From Haliotis cracherodii (lineage: Eukaryota), in assembly GCF_022045235.1 (NCBI RefSeq), contig NW_027266275.1:26350001-26414000 (forward strand): a stretch of DNA of 64,000 nt, written 5' to 3'. The notes beneath the pieces are model-generated. The model searched no databases, was not told the DNA's origin, and worked only from the letters and a program-made list of their open reading frames with translations. How positions within the stretch are numbered: position 1 is the first letter of the stretch; each line of letters starts with the position of its first letter. Made by a program: the position numbers and the translations under genes. Shown in pieces: positions 49,901 to 61,849 of this stretch.

Positions 49901-52900
49901 GAGAGGAAGCAGCAGCTGAACATAGAGCGCTGGCTCAAGGACAAGTTCAGGGAGGGTTTCTTCCAGATGAAGGAGTCTTTCGAGGAGCTGGACACCAACA
50001 GCACCGGCGTGGTGAGACATTAGACCTGTAGACACCGAGCTATAGTTCACCATCTCCTGACTTTGGTGGCCATATTTCACATTGAGGTGTTGTTTGTTTG
50101 TTTGTTGTTTAACGCCGCACTCAGCAATATTCCAGCTATATGACGGCGGTCGGTAAATAATCGAGTCTGGACCAGACAATCCATTGATTGACATCATGAG
50201 CATCGATCCACGCCATATGGATACGGTGACATGCATCAACCAAGTGAGCCTGACCATCCGATCCCGTTAGTCGCCTTTCACGACAAGCATAGTTGCCTTT
50301 TACGATAAGCATAGTCGCCTTTTACGGCAAGCATGAATTGCTGAAGACCAATTCTAACCTGGGTCTTCACGGGTCTCATATTGAGGTGAAATGGAAGAAG
50401 AAGATTTCAAAGAGCGTCTTGCGACTCTTGTCCAAAAGTTGTTTGACCTGGTTACACCATTATGCGTATGCTGATGATTTATCCGAAATCGAACAATGGA
50501 GATTTCTTAATATAGAAAGGGTTTTGTCGCTTTTATTATCTCAACATCGTTTATTATAAAATGATTTTCTGATCAAGCATAAGCCACGGTCGCACAACCA
50601 TTTTGATCATATTTAGGTTCATAAGTGCCGACCTTGTCTTAAATGACCCAAGCAATGAAGGTGTCAATAACCCTGGCCATGATCGGCGACAAAATCCAGA
50701 CGGGGAGCTGATTCAATGCTCAGCTGGATGCTGGTACAATAATATACCAAAATAGTAATTGCTATCATTTATATTCCATTAGTTGATGACATATTGACAT
50801 ATGGTAAGTGAAAATGTTTCGATATATTCAGAAAACACTGACTGTTAATGGTATCCATGTTGCCAGGTGTCGTTCGACAACTTCCTAGATGTCCTGAAGC
50901 AGTTCGGGCTGAGTCTCGAGAAGCCCCTGCTGGGGTCCTTCCTAGCTCGGTGCAGCGTCCAGGTTGTAGGAAGCGGTGTGCCCTACAGGGAGTTCCTCCA
51001 CCGGTTCCAGGACCGGAGCGAGAACGGCATGACCCACAACATACTCACCGACAAGAAACACAAGTGAGTCTGCACCCTTGTCAATCCGGACACCGTTGAT
51101 CTGGAACCTCCCCGAGGTGAAATGGGGTTTTACGTCACGTTAAATACTATTTTACTTACATAGCGACGTACATTTTTCGAAAATTGAAATGAAGATTTAT
51201 TTTAACTTAATACCAGCTGGACTGTTCAGATTGAGGAGATGATGTAACAGTAAGTATTGAAGCCTGATGTTACCAGTAGTGATATAACAGCATCCATATA
51301 CTGTCTCACCACAGCGTACGAGTAGCTACAAATACACATCAATTAATGTTTCATTTTTATTTTATTTACTTTTGTTTTATTCACACATTCGAGTCATTCC
51401 TCTGTATTCTATGTTGTAAAATGTTGTAATTTTAAAGGCTGAATATAATGCTGCTTGTCTATGACTATTCCTGTTACTTTCACAATATCAAGAACACTTT
51501 TTCTTAAGGAAGAGAATATATGGAGGTCAACCTCTTTATTATGAGGAACACAACGTTTCGGAGTAAGCATATAGAAGTTGACATCCATATATTCTGTTCC
51601 TTATGTGTATCACTTCTAAATGCCTTTTAAAGACCCTTTTTCTTAGTCTGTACAATTTGGCAGTTCCTATGATCAGTTCAGGAACTATATCACGTCTCTT
51701 TCTATTTTCTTAAGGGAAATAAATTCATTCATGCTGTTCATAGCCTTTAGGTTAAAAACCTGGGTCGGCCGTCCTGAAGGGATGATTAAAGTCTTTATCG
51801 GCAGTATTCCTGGTTTGAATGTGTTCGAATTATAATCAAACGGAAAATATGCATTTTTATTATTTTGAATCACTCAGAATAAATCTGACAAGAAGACACG
51901 CGAAAAAACGACACCCTAACTAATTATACAGTCTTGATATTATATGAATTTTGTTAAAACTTCAAATTCGAGATAGATCCAAAGGTTTTCTGTGTGTGGC
52001 AGTATACCAGTAGTAGTACGCTGTGTATCCGGGCATCTACACACTGTACACACTGTCGTGTTCCAGGTACAACCACCCCGGCAGTGTGGACGGTGTCTCC
52101 ACCGTCAGCGCCATCGAGGCCCAGCTCATGAACATGTTCCAGAGGGACTTCCTGGCGCTCCTCGGCACGTTCAAGTAGGTACCGGTCACATCTGAAGTTA
52201 CGGCATGACATATAAACTAGAGTAATGTGAAAGAACCGGTGATCCTTAACTTCTTTAGAGTAGTATATGTCGTAATTAAGACTCATGTTTTTCTCAGAAG
52301 GCAAACGAAGTGTCGTTCAATTGTTGTGAAATAGCCAATTCCCTTCCACCCTTTTTTCCACCTGAACTAGAAAAAAACCCGCCTCATCTGTTTTCATATT
52401 TAGATATTAGATCTATGCATAGAGATTGAGAGTGACTATCGACAAGACTATATGACAAGAAGGATGACTTCAACTGCCTAATAGTCAACTCTCCCATTAT
52501 GTTGAGCAATATTCCAGCAGCTGCAGTCTTTCAAGTACAATCGAGCATGCTCTTTCTACGAAGATTTCAAACAGCGTCATAGGACACTTGTTCAGAGTGT
52601 TTGTGATAGGTGTTACCGGTGAGGCGGGATAAGCTCAGCATTCGCGAACACACGGTATCGGGTCACATCTATGCCAGTACTGGAGGTGGTGTTGATGTGT
52701 CGTTAATCTATGTTAGTACTGGCGGTTATGATGGTGTGTCGTTAATCTATGTCAGTACTGGAGGTGGTGTTGATGTGTCGTTTATCTATGTCAGCACTGG
52801 AAGTGGTGTTGATGTGTCGTTAATCGATGTCAGTACTGGAGGTGGTGTTGATGTGTCGTTAATCTATGTCAGTACTGGAGGAGGTGTTGATGTGTCGTTT

Positions 52901-55900
52901 ATCTATGTCAGTACTGGAGGTGGTGTTGATGTGTCGTTTATCTATGTCAGTACTGGAGGTGATGTTGATGTGTTGTAGATCTACGTCAGTAGTGAAGGTT
53001 ATGATTATGTGTTGTACATCTACGCCAGTAGTGAAGGTTATGATGGTGTGTTGTAGATCTACGTCAGTAGTGAAGGTTATGATGGTGTGTTGTAGGTCTA
53101 CATCAGTAGTGACGGTTATGATGCTGTGTTGTAGATCTACGTCAGTAGTGACGGTTATGATGATGTGTTGTAGGTCTACGTCAGTAGTGAAGGTTATGAT
53201 GATGTGTTGTACATCTACGCCAGTAGTGACGGTTATGATGATGTGTTGTAGGTCTACGTCAGTAGTGAAGGTTATGATGATGTGTTGTACATCTACGCCA
53301 GTAGTGAAGGTTATGATGGTGTGTTGTAGATCTACGTCAGTAGTGAAGGTTATGATGGTGTGTTGTAGGTCTACATCAGTAGTGACGGTTATGATGCTGT
53401 GTTGTAGATCTACGTCAGTAGTGAAGGTTATGATGATGTGTTGTACATCTACGTCAGTAGTGAAGGTTATGATGGTGTGTTGTAGATCTACGTCAGTAGT
53501 GAAGGTTATGATGGTGTGTTGTAGATCTACGTCAGTAGTGAAGGTTATGATGGTGTGTTGTAGATCTACGTCAGTAGTGACGGTTATGATGATGTGTTGT
53601 AGGTCTACGTCAGTAGTGAAGGTTATGATGATGTGTTGTACATCTACGCCAGTAGTGAAGGTTATGATGGTTTGTTGTAGATCTACGTCAGTATTGAAGG
53701 TTATGATGGTGTGTTGTAGGTCTACATCAGTAGTGACGGTTATGATGGTGTGTTGTAGATCTACGTCAGTAGTGAAGGTTATGATGATGTGTTGTAGATC
53801 TACGTCAGTAGTGAAGGTTATGATGGTGTGTTGTAGATCTACGTCAGTAGTGAAGGTTATGATGGTGTGTTGTAGGTCCATTGACAAGATCGGACAGGAC
53901 ATCATCAGCCAGGAGGAATTCCGTGCCGCCATAGAAAGCCGGTTTAGTCTGGAGCTGACCGACACCCAGTTCGAGGCTTTCACAGACAGAGTACCAATGG
54001 ACGAAGAAGGAAACGTCAGATATGCAGAGTTCATGCAGCTCTTTGACACAAAGTAAGTATCATATGTTCCCATGTTTGTTCAGGTGAATGTTTGACTTGC
54101 CTTTGCGTGTATTTGTGACGTTTGCCCCAAGTGGGAGAAATACATTCACTTTTACACGAACATCTGTTATCATCACTAATTAATAGCGATTAAGAAACAC
54201 ATGTTTATGATATAGTCGGAATCATACAACGGATTTATAATGTCTTATGCTAATGGAAATGGTTTTGTCGCTTGTAATTAAAAAAAAGACTAAACGTTCT
54301 GTAGATCATCTCATGAACTCCATCTCATTGAAATACCATTTGATGAAATAACCTCATTTATATATCATTTGATGGAAATGACCTCATTGAAATCTAATTG
54401 AAATTATGGACATAAACTCATTTATATCTCATTCGATAGTGCCTCATTAAAAACATTCTTGATTACGTGAATAGCTGTTCAGACTGCCATTGTATCATTG
54501 GTATCGCACCTGATGGACATCGTCTAATTAATGTATTTTATTTGTTGGATATTTTCTCAGTGACATCTCATTAAATGGAAACTGTACCGCGGCTTACTAG
54601 ACAACACAAATTTGCAAACTTCAAATAAANNNNNNNNNNNNNNNNNNNNNNNNNNNNNNNNNNNNNNNNNNNNNNNNNNNNNNNNNNNNNNNNNNNNNNN
54701 NNNNNNNNNNNNNNNNNNNNNNNNNNNNNNNNNNNNNNNNNNNNNNNNNNNNNNNNNNNNNNNNNTTTCTCATTTATGTTTTAAATTTACACAGGGGTAA
54801 GGCCCAAAGCCTCTTCCAGGGCAAGCGGAAGACAGTCGATACCCTGACCATCCCTCAGCCCGAGCAGTCCCAGTCTCCCCGCCAACCGCTCCACGAGGAC
54901 GAGTTCGAGGACAACTTCGTCAGGAGGACACCCCAGGAAATTTTCAAGGTCATCAAGGACTTGCTGCACCGCAGGTACCAGGATGTGGAGGCCGCCTTCT
55001 ATGACCTGGACGAGACCAACACCAGACGCTTGACCACAGAGATGATGCACCAGCTTCTAAAGAGGTAATTGTATCTGACAGTGCTTGGTGTTGAGAGTTG
55101 GCTGATGTGAACGTATTTATGAGGGTTAAAGGAGTGGAATAAAAAGAAAACCAAGTGGAGTCTGCGGAGAAGCGTTTTGGTGGTTCATGTGAAGGTTGAG
55201 ATGACGTAGGGTGGAAGATAGAAAAGGTGGATTGTGGAGGCGTAGAATCTGGAGTTTGGAGGAGCGTGGGTGAATGGACAGGTTATGCCAGTAAATTCAA
55301 TAATGTTCTAGGCAGATTTTTTAACATCTAATACAACAAAACTATATCCAAGGATTCTACGGGAATGGTTGAGCATTTCTTTCAGGAATATCACCGCCGG
55401 GGACACCAAGAACCCAGATTCACACAGTTAAACGACTGTGAGAAACAAACTCGTGTCTTCAATGTGATGAAGCAACTGATTAACGCCCTCCTCTCTCGCC
55501 ACCCTGAATATGTTAAACTATTTTGAACTACGTGTTGCACCTGTTACATGTATCTCATCAACGCCACCGACTTACTGGGACAATACCACTGATGTGTTTA
55601 AAGCGTTTGGTACACTTGGTATAAAGTGGAGCGTATTTTACTGCTGTTTCCCTTTATGCAATTGCCTCACGTAATCCCAGACACTAGTGTTATTTTCCCA
55701 GATTCGACATTCAGCCGGAGGTATCCCGACGTGAAATCCGCGACCTCTGGAAGACCTTCATCACCAACACAGACCGGACTCTCGACTACCTGCAGTTTGT
55801 CCGCCATTTCGGCTTCTCCTTGAGGTCCGCCACCTACCCTAACGCCAAACTGAACCCCCCACGGCGGGGGGATGCTGACTACATGCTGAGGTCCAGGAAA

Positions 55901-58653
55901 CTCAACTGTGCATCTGACATGCTGCAAGACAGTCTTCGCTCTAAGGTGAGTTTCAACTAAAGAAGTAAACAGGCTATCGTGTCACGTGATTTGTTAGGTC
56001 CAGACAAGCTTTCACCATATTGTCTGGTCCAGACTCGATCGTGTACAGGCCGAGTGTCGTTTGGCAGCAGTACTGCCGCGTTAGCCAACACACACTTCTT
56101 TTATGCAGACGTTGTGGGTGACAGGTGCTATGGGTAGACATGCTCATGGGGGCTTGTAAGCCTAAACTAGCAGCAAGATTTGTATGGTCACTAACGGGTC
56201 ATAGAACTTAAAAAAAGGATGACCCCGTTGGTGACCATATATATCTTGCTGATAATTTTTGCGTGTGTTCAGATGAATGTTTGACTTGCCTTTGCATGTA
56301 TTTTTAACGTTTGCCCCCGGTGGAAAAAATACATTCAATTTACCTCAATTTTTCAATTTTTGTGTCACAAACCCTTAGGACATGTTTACCCTCGCGAACA
56401 CCTGGGGTTATCAGTGATTTTCAGTGAGTGATCCGTTCATATAATTTTCATCACTCTTTTGTCCTCTACGCCCAGTGGAATATGTTTCGGCAGATAACCG
56501 AGACTGTTTATTCTCTGGCGTCGATGGTTTATATGTAACGGTTGAATCTGTAGACCAATACATCATGATTATCTTATGACTAATACCGTTAATCCGGTAG
56601 CGAACCCCCCAGACCATGTTAATCTGGTAACTTATCAAAGCAATTAAAATGGTGTAATAATTTCCATATCTCTTTTCACCCCTGCCATTAGGTTGACTAC
56701 ATGTGGGAGGACCTACGACGCGAGTTCGTGAACATGGACCCATATAGCACTGGCTTTGTGACCCGGGAGGAGTTTAGGGACGTTCTGACGGAGCTGTGTG
56801 TGCATCTGAGCATGATGGAGCTGGACCAGCTCAGTGAGAGGTTCGACATCAGACAGGACGGCAGGTTAGTTACTGACACCCATGTCAAGTGTACCAGACC
56901 CCGAACATTGTGTAGTATGCTACCACCTTCACTGTATACTGTATGCTACAGCTCTCGCTATGTGTTGTATACAGCTCTTGCAATGTGTTGTATGCAGCTC
57001 TCGCTATGTGTTGTATGCAGCTCTCGCAATGTGTTGTGTGCAGCTCTCGCTATGTGTTGTATGCAGCTCTCGCAATGTGTTGTGTGCAGCTCTCGCTATG
57101 TGCTGTATGCAGCTCTCGCAATGTGTTGTATGTAGCTCTCGCTATGTGTTGTATACAGCTCTCGCAATGTGTTGTGTGCAACTCTCGCAATGTGTTGTAT
57201 GCAGCTCTCGCAATGTGTTGTATGCAGCTCTCGCTATGTTTTGTATGCAGCTTTTGCAATGTGTTGTAAGCAACTCTCGCAATGTGTTGTATGCAGCTCT
57301 CGCAATGTGTTGTATGCAGCTCTCACAATGCGTTGCATGCTACCCCCTTCAATTCAGTGAGCAGCTGAGTGTGGTTGAATATGCTTTTAGCTGTATTCCA
57401 GCAATACAACGGCGCGGGACACCAGGAATGGGGTCACACAGTGTACCCATGTGGGGAATCAAAATCGAACCCGGATTTTCGCGAGCGATCGCTTTAACCA
57501 CCAGGCTACCCTCCCCCTTTCAATTCCGGACACTTTAGAATAATAAATGCACTACTCCCTATACACCCTGTCTCCCTGTTGCTACCAATGTCTCCCTATG
57601 TCTTGCAGGGTGTCTTACGTTGAGTTCTTGAAGCCATTTGCCCTGAGGAAGCAGGTCTGGCGTCATGGAAACAACATGTTGTCGCTACTGCAGCACCCCC
57701 AGCCCGAGCTCCCGATCGCCGATGTTGTAGAACCCCCTCAACAGGGTCTACACGGTATCACAGCCAAACTCAGACAGAAGGTAGGCCTTTCAGCCGGGGA
57801 CCAAAGAAATGGTTAAAGGTGTAGACATGTACAGCTATATATTCTTCTTACTATCTTGCGTAGTTTTCTGTAAATAACTCACAATATATGAAGATGCGCA
57901 GGACCCTTCCCCTCAAACAAAGGTCTGGGCACAAGCTCATGTCACATATGCATGGTTCATTAGTACAGAACCTTGAGACATCCTAAAAAAAAGGTTGTTC
58001 TACCATTTCGGTGACCTGCTAAAGTTCAGTTCTAAAGTTCTTTACTATCAGTGTATGTGCTGATACTGTTCTTCACTGGTGTCACGTCAGATAATGTAAG
58101 TTAAATATATCTGTGTATTATCATTATTATGTTCATAAGGTCATTACAATGGACCATAACTTCTTTTCAAAGCACTGAACTATTATATGCTTGAACAAGG
58201 AGAAAAGGGGCCCAATAAATCCCTAGCAGCCTGGACATGTCTTGTAAGGATCTGGTGATTGTAACCAGGGTGATTGCATGCCATCGAACCCCGACAGGTT
58301 TCATCATTGCTCACAGAACGATTAGCTGGAGGATTGCTGACTGCGGCTAAAAACAACATTCCTTCCCATGTTGTGACGTATTGAACTATTTCTGTTCGCA
58401 GCTGGCGGGTGACTGGAAGAATCTACGCCGCGCATTCCGGAAGTTAGACGTGACCGGAAACGGATATTTATCTGTCCCAGAGTTCCGTTCGGTTCTCAAA
58501 TTGGCGAATGTGCTTCTTGACGAAGACGAGGTTTACCACGTGATGACACAGTTTGATAGAGACATGACAGGCAAAATATCCTACGACAAGTTCATTGATG
58601 AAACATTTAGGCCTGAAACACGACGAAGTGCAAGACGACCATCTCAAAGTTAA
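28625..58653 (+). CDS. EFCAB6: EF-hand calcium-binding domain-containing protein 6-like, 15 exons, ~944 aa; join(28625..28994,45139..45239,45972..46069,46432..46683,47349..47486,48594..48718,49854..50011,50867..51063,52067..52174,53876..54052,54795..55064,55702..55945,56692..56864,57609..57780,58402..58653)
   Basis: Repeated EF-hand pairs (FKDNDPEGKGNVSRE, FEELDTNSTGVVSFDNF, FVNMDPYSTGFVTREEF, FRKLDVTGNGYLSVPEF, FDRDMTGKISYDKF). The C-terminus resembles recalled EFCAB6. All phases are consistent (2835 nt). Orthology versus paralogy was not tested. Confidence 0.85.
29534..29805 (-). mobile_element. Family B, full length
   Basis: TSD agatttcattgag. Confidence 0.9.
30650..30815 (+). mobile_element. 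SINE family A, full length
   Basis: 14-bp TSD cactttacatctaa (30636-30649 / 30816-30829). Confidence 0.92.
31456..31720 (-). mobile_element. Family B
   Basis: Reverse-strand copy; TSD-like atggttatgtt. Confidence 0.85.
33818..35540. repeat. 33-bp minisatellite (tgtttgatggtggctaaagaaagtatacaccta), ~52 units
   Basis: Direct periodicity. Confidence 0.97.
37043..37460. repeat. ~35-bp minisatellite (gttacagtcagtggaggttggttgttctgatatat), ~12 units
   Basis: Direct periodicity. Confidence 0.93.
38495..38662 (+). mobile_element. SINE family A
   Basis: TSD acaa(g/t)agcagtg. Confidence 0.9.
39791..39950 (+). mobile_element. SINE family A
   Basis: Same head, body and tail. Confidence 0.9.
40495..40675 (+). 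mobile_element. Family B with internal deletion
   Basis: 5' part fused directly to the tail. Confidence 0.8.
41225..42035. repeat. 40-bp minisatellite (tagatgtcgtgatcagccagttacaccactagggccacac), ~20 units
   Basis: Direct periodicity. Confidence 0.97.
44450..44605 (+). mobile_element. SINE family A
   Basis: Same head and body. Confidence 0.85.
45139..45239 (+). CDS. EFCAB6: EFCAB6-like exon 2
   Basis: GSRASVADRAEVPPSRASTRLSRPGTQARLEIDE. Confidence 0.82.
45972..46069 (+). CDS. EFCAB6: EFCAB6-like exon 3
   Basis: LESLLKEKLKTNYYEVRKRFKDNDPEGKGNVS. Confidence 0.92.
46432..46683 (+). CDS. EFCAB6: EFCAB6-like exon 4
   Basis: REAFCRILMLVL...VSFTEFFSHF...HLKEKAKQ. Confidence 0.92.
47349..47486 (+). 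CDS. EFCAB6: EFCAB6-like exon 5
   Basis: FLDVADMFPQMNPGGSGRILKPEFKQLLNKMLFFMEDDEFDKLWN. Confidence 0.92.
48594..48718 (+). CDS. EFCAB6: EFCAB6-like exon 6
   Basis: YDSEGTGVVQGAKFLKSLGIEW...NEEG. Confidence 0.88.
49854..50011 (+). CDS. EFCAB6: EFCAB6-like exon 7
   Basis: DGAPVSERRTP...IERWLKDKFREGFFQMKESFEELDTNSTGV. Confidence 0.92.
50089..50375 (-). mobile_element. Family B, full length
   Basis: Three copies of the 22-bp internal module; TSD ca(c/t)attgaggtg. Confidence 0.9.
50867..51063 (+). CDS. EFCAB6: EFCAB6-like exon 8
   Basis: VSFDNFLDVLKQFGL...VPYREFLHRFQDRSE. Confidence 0.92.
52067..52174 (+). CDS. EFCAB6: EFCAB6-like exon 9
   Basis: YNHPGSVDGVSTVSAIEAQLMNMFQRDFLALLGTF. Confidence 0.9.
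52668..53875. repeat. 39-bp minisatellite with two unit subtypes, abutting EFCAB6-like exon 10
   Basis: Subtype switch near 52970; downstream unit is atctacgtcagtagtgaaggttatgatggtgtgttgtag. Confidence 0.97.
53876..54052 (+). CDS. EFCAB6: EFCAB6-like exon 10
   Basis: SIDKIGQDIISQEEFRAAIESRF...DEEGNVRYAEFMQLFDT; the acceptor is the last unit of a 39-bp minisatellite. Confidence 0.9.
54630..54765. other. Assembly gap (N run)
   Basis: Ns. Confidence 1.
54795..55064 (+). CDS. EFCAB6: EFCAB6-like exon 11
   Basis: GKAQSLFQG...VEAAFYDLDETNTRRLTTEMMHQLLK. Confidence 0.92.
55702..55945 (+). CDS. EFCAB6: EFCAB6-like exon 12
   Basis: FDIQPEVSRREIRDLWKTF...LDYLQFVRHF...LQDSLRSK. Confidence 0.92.
56692..56864 (+). 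CDS. EFCAB6: EFCAB6-like exon 13
   Basis: VDYMWEDLRREFVNMDPYSTGFVTREEFRDVL...FDIRQDG. Confidence 0.93.
56940..57340. repeat. 23-bp minisatellite (atgtgttgtatgcagctctcgca), ~17 units
   Basis: Direct periodicity. Confidence 0.95.
57356..57517 (-). mobile_element. SINE family A (diverged)
   Basis: Reverse-strand copy. Confidence 0.75.
57609..57780 (+). CDS. EFCAB6: EFCAB6-like exon 14
   Basis: VSYVEFLKPF...GITAKLRQK. Confidence 0.92.
58402..58653 (+). CDS. EFCAB6: EFCAB6-like exon 15 (stop)
   Basis: LAGDWKNLRRAFRKLDVTGNGYLSVPEF...ISYDKFIDETF...QS*. Confidence 0.93.
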   Translation: MAGDWKNLRRAFRKLDVTGNGYLSVPEFRSVLKLANVLLDEDEVYHVMTQFDRDMTGKISYDKFIDETFRPETRRSARRPSQS

Positions 58654-60392
58654 ACAGGAAAGGCATCCAAGTGACACTGAGTGTATGTAACACATGTGGA
58701 AGTATTGATCAGTATTAATACTACAGTATTGGATTGCTGTCGACATCTCATCAGTATTGGCTATCATACATGTTGTTTTGTACAGAGCTTCATTATTACT
58801 AATCGTGTGTCAACGGGACAGTTACAATCATATTTCAAAGGTAGATCATTATATTGTAAATACTTGTATTTATGAGTCATGATTTCAAATAGAATATATC
58901 GTTTAATTATGATTTGTCCCTATTGTACTCTTTATATTTGTTTTGTATTTAGTGTGTCTGGTTTTGCACGGAAAAGAAAAATAAGTCATTTAGCAAAATG
59001 TGGTGTCAAGTGTTCTTTTAAAGTGGCTCGGACATACCGGCAGTCTTAGCAAACTTGATTCAAGTCTTTGAAACACTACTTTGCCTTTCCGCTCAGTCAC
59101 AGTTTATGCGCCGCAATTCGCTGTGCAGACTTTTCTTCCTTTGGGCAAGCCAGAAACCTATGATTGTGGATTCGAATCGACATTCGTCCTGATTATTTTT
59201 CTAGGTTTCACAGCACCATACGTGTGCTTGTGGGTTTCACAAAATTGGTAAACGCCTGAGACCTGCATTACTAAGGGCCTTCCTTTCACATTAAGCTGAC
59301 ACCCCCCGATGTAGCTGGAAGACTGTTCAAAGCGGCGTTAGACATAATTCACTTACTCACAGTTTGTGATGTATACTAGTCACACAGTTAAGACACCTAC
59401 CTAAATATACAGAGGCAATGCCTCGGTCTCACACAAGGCACTAATTACAATGATTAGGCCTTGGCTGAAATGGGAAACGGATCGTGGAACATAGTCCCCG
59501 TTTAACTTAGGGGTGTTGAATCTATATCCACGACACCTCTCGCCAAATACATTGATACGAACTATCAACGCAAAAGAATGTATATACTTGAAAACTGAAT
59601 TTGTCCGCACAATTACAAACGTCATCAAAACGTTACAAGGCCGAAAACAGTCGCACACTTAAGGTCCAAAACACAACTATAATACTCGTATCAAATACAC
59701 CACCGTCGAATAACCATTTCTTGTTTGTTTCACATTTAAGCTCCATCGAACATGGATGTATATTTTCTTTTGCCCAGCAATTTAGATATGTAAACGTCAG
59801 TGCTATTCAGCGTTTGATACATGATAATAATCCCAGAAACGTATTTAAAATGTGTTTGATGTTACCGTTTGCCCAACGTCCCACCTATATTTTAAATAAT
59901 TCTCCAGCTGTACGATGGTGTTGTTGTAACAGTGTGATTTTATTGTGTTCTTTGTGTTTACATATGCATATTTTGTGATTTATACAGAGAACTCCTCAAA
60001 GAAACTGTGATAATTATATTGTTTATATTTTAAGTGTGTAGTTTGTGGTTTGTTAATTGTTAATCATCCTTTGCTCAACTTCATGCCTGACGTCATCATA
60101 TATATTTTGTAAATCAAGATAAATAAACAATGAAAAATTGATATATGATTTCATTATATATTTTTTTTATTAAATTCTCTATTTAGGTTTCAAAGACTAA
60201 TATCGGAAGGAAAATATATATAACATTAAACATTGGCTTTCGAGAACTAAAAATTGAGAATATACAACCTCCTCTATACCAAATCACGAAAGAAATTTGA
60301 AGACAAGTGAAGCACATCAACTTGATTGAAGCACAGTTACTTCAGGTTCAGGCCATCTACTATCTGCCGTCCAGTAGATGTGTTGTAGACAG

Positions 60393-60540
60393 AGGACGGA
60401 GGGGTAGTATGGTGGCGTGCGCACGTTACGCCCATGGCCCGGGTTCGATTCCCCACATGAGTAGAATGTGTGAACCTATTTCTAATGTCCGCCGCTATGA
60501 TATTGATGGAGCATTGCTAAAGGCGGCTTAAAGCATACTG
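60393..60540 (+). mobile_element. SINE family A (diverged)
   Basis: gggttcgattccccacatg...gcggcttaaa. Confidence 0.7.
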
Positions 60541-60729
60541 TAGTATACAGCATTACACCAATCAAGCACTTGTTGGTATTACCACAAGACACATGAACAT
60601 AAAAGCGACATAACCCTTACCATAATCATAAGAAATCTCTGGTAAAGACAGGGTCCACTGTACCATTCCGACTATAGTATGAGCTTATGTATATCACCAT
60701 CAATTAGTGACGATACCAGGTGTTACTAA

Positions 60730-61080
60730 AAAAGGTGAACGTATCCTGCCCCACGGGTGGCAACCGTCACAAACACATGCAAAGCCAAGTCCACTGTTCA
60801 CCTGGAAAAACAAGGGAGTACGTGGGACAAGTCAAAATCGCTGTGCAGAGTTGCGTCCCTTGGCCACGCCAGAAACCTATGATTGTGGGTTCGAATTCCG
60901 GTTCGCCCCGATTATGTTTCTAGGTTTGTCAGCACCATACCCGTGCTCGTGGGTTTCACCGAAGTGGTAAACGTCTGAGACCTGCATCACTTCGGGCTTT
61001 CCTCCCACATAAAGCTGACACGCCATGATATGACTGGAATACTGTTAAAAGCGGAGTTAAACCCAACTCACTCACTCACT
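60730..61080 (+). mobile_element. Interspersed repeat family C with (actc)n tail; related fragments at ~30270-30390, 46828-46910, 54078-54150, 56268-56345, 59115-59360
   Basis: Shared blocks tgccccac..gtggca..cgtcacaaacacatgcaaag and gccagaaacctatgattgtgg..tcgaat. Confidence 0.75.
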
Positions 61081-61346
61081 GCGAATGGTGGTCATACCCG
61101 ATAATGACAATCGATTCCACGCCACTTTCAGTCTGAGATGACGTTTACGGACGACATATGTTGACAGCGTCATGATGAATTCAATTTAAATTGAAATTTT
61201 ATAGAAAAATAAAAGTTCCCCGAAAATCCTTGAAAAAAGATTATGCTGCAGATTGTTGAAAAAAAAATGCCTGCCTAACAAATTACAGTGTTTTCCTTAA
61301 ATGGTTCAGTAATCTGTATAAGTAGATAGAAAGTAATACCTTCCGG

Positions 61347-61700
61347 ACAAAAGCATTCCTGTGGAGCGTGGAGCACCAACAAAAGCATTCCTGTGGAGCA
61401 TAGAATTTCCAACAAATTCCTGTGGAGCATGGAATTTCCAACAAGAGCATTCCTGTGGAGCGTGGAATTTCCAACAAAAGCATTCCTGTGGAGCGTGGAA
61501 TGTCCAACAAAAGCATTCCTGTGGAGCGTGGAATTTCCAACAAAAGCATTCCTGTGAAGCGTGGAATTTCCAACAAAAGCATTCCTGTGAAGCGTGGAAT
61601 TTCCAACAAAAGCATTCCTGCGGATCGTGGAATTTCCTGTGGAGCAGCATTCCTATGGAGCGTAGAGTAAAGAAACAAACAAAAGCATTCTTGTGGAGCA
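61347..61700. repeat. 33-bp tandem array (caacaaaagcattcctgtggagcgtggaatttc), ~10 units
   Basis: Periodicity directly visible. Confidence 0.95.
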
Positions 61701-61809
61701 TACCACAGAGGCCAGTCAATACCTTTCACACAATAGAAGTTAACAATAACATTCCAGGATCAACGTTTCAACCACTCATAGAATGTATGGTGCGATGAAT
61801 ACTCAGTAG

Positions 61810-61849
61810 CCAATGAAACGCTAAAGGAAGTCAAAGTACACCAATGAAA
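61810..61849 (+). promoter_or_regulatory. Paired CCAAT boxes (CCAATGAAA at 61810 and 61841) upstream of the NADAR ATG
   Basis: Two identical 9-mers 31 bp apart, 120-155 bp before ATG 61965. Confidence 0.4.

Noticed and set aside
52859-54073. 404-aa minus-strand and 396-aa plus-strand ORFs
   Set aside because: Minisatellite read-through; only 53876-54052 on the plus strand is a real exon.
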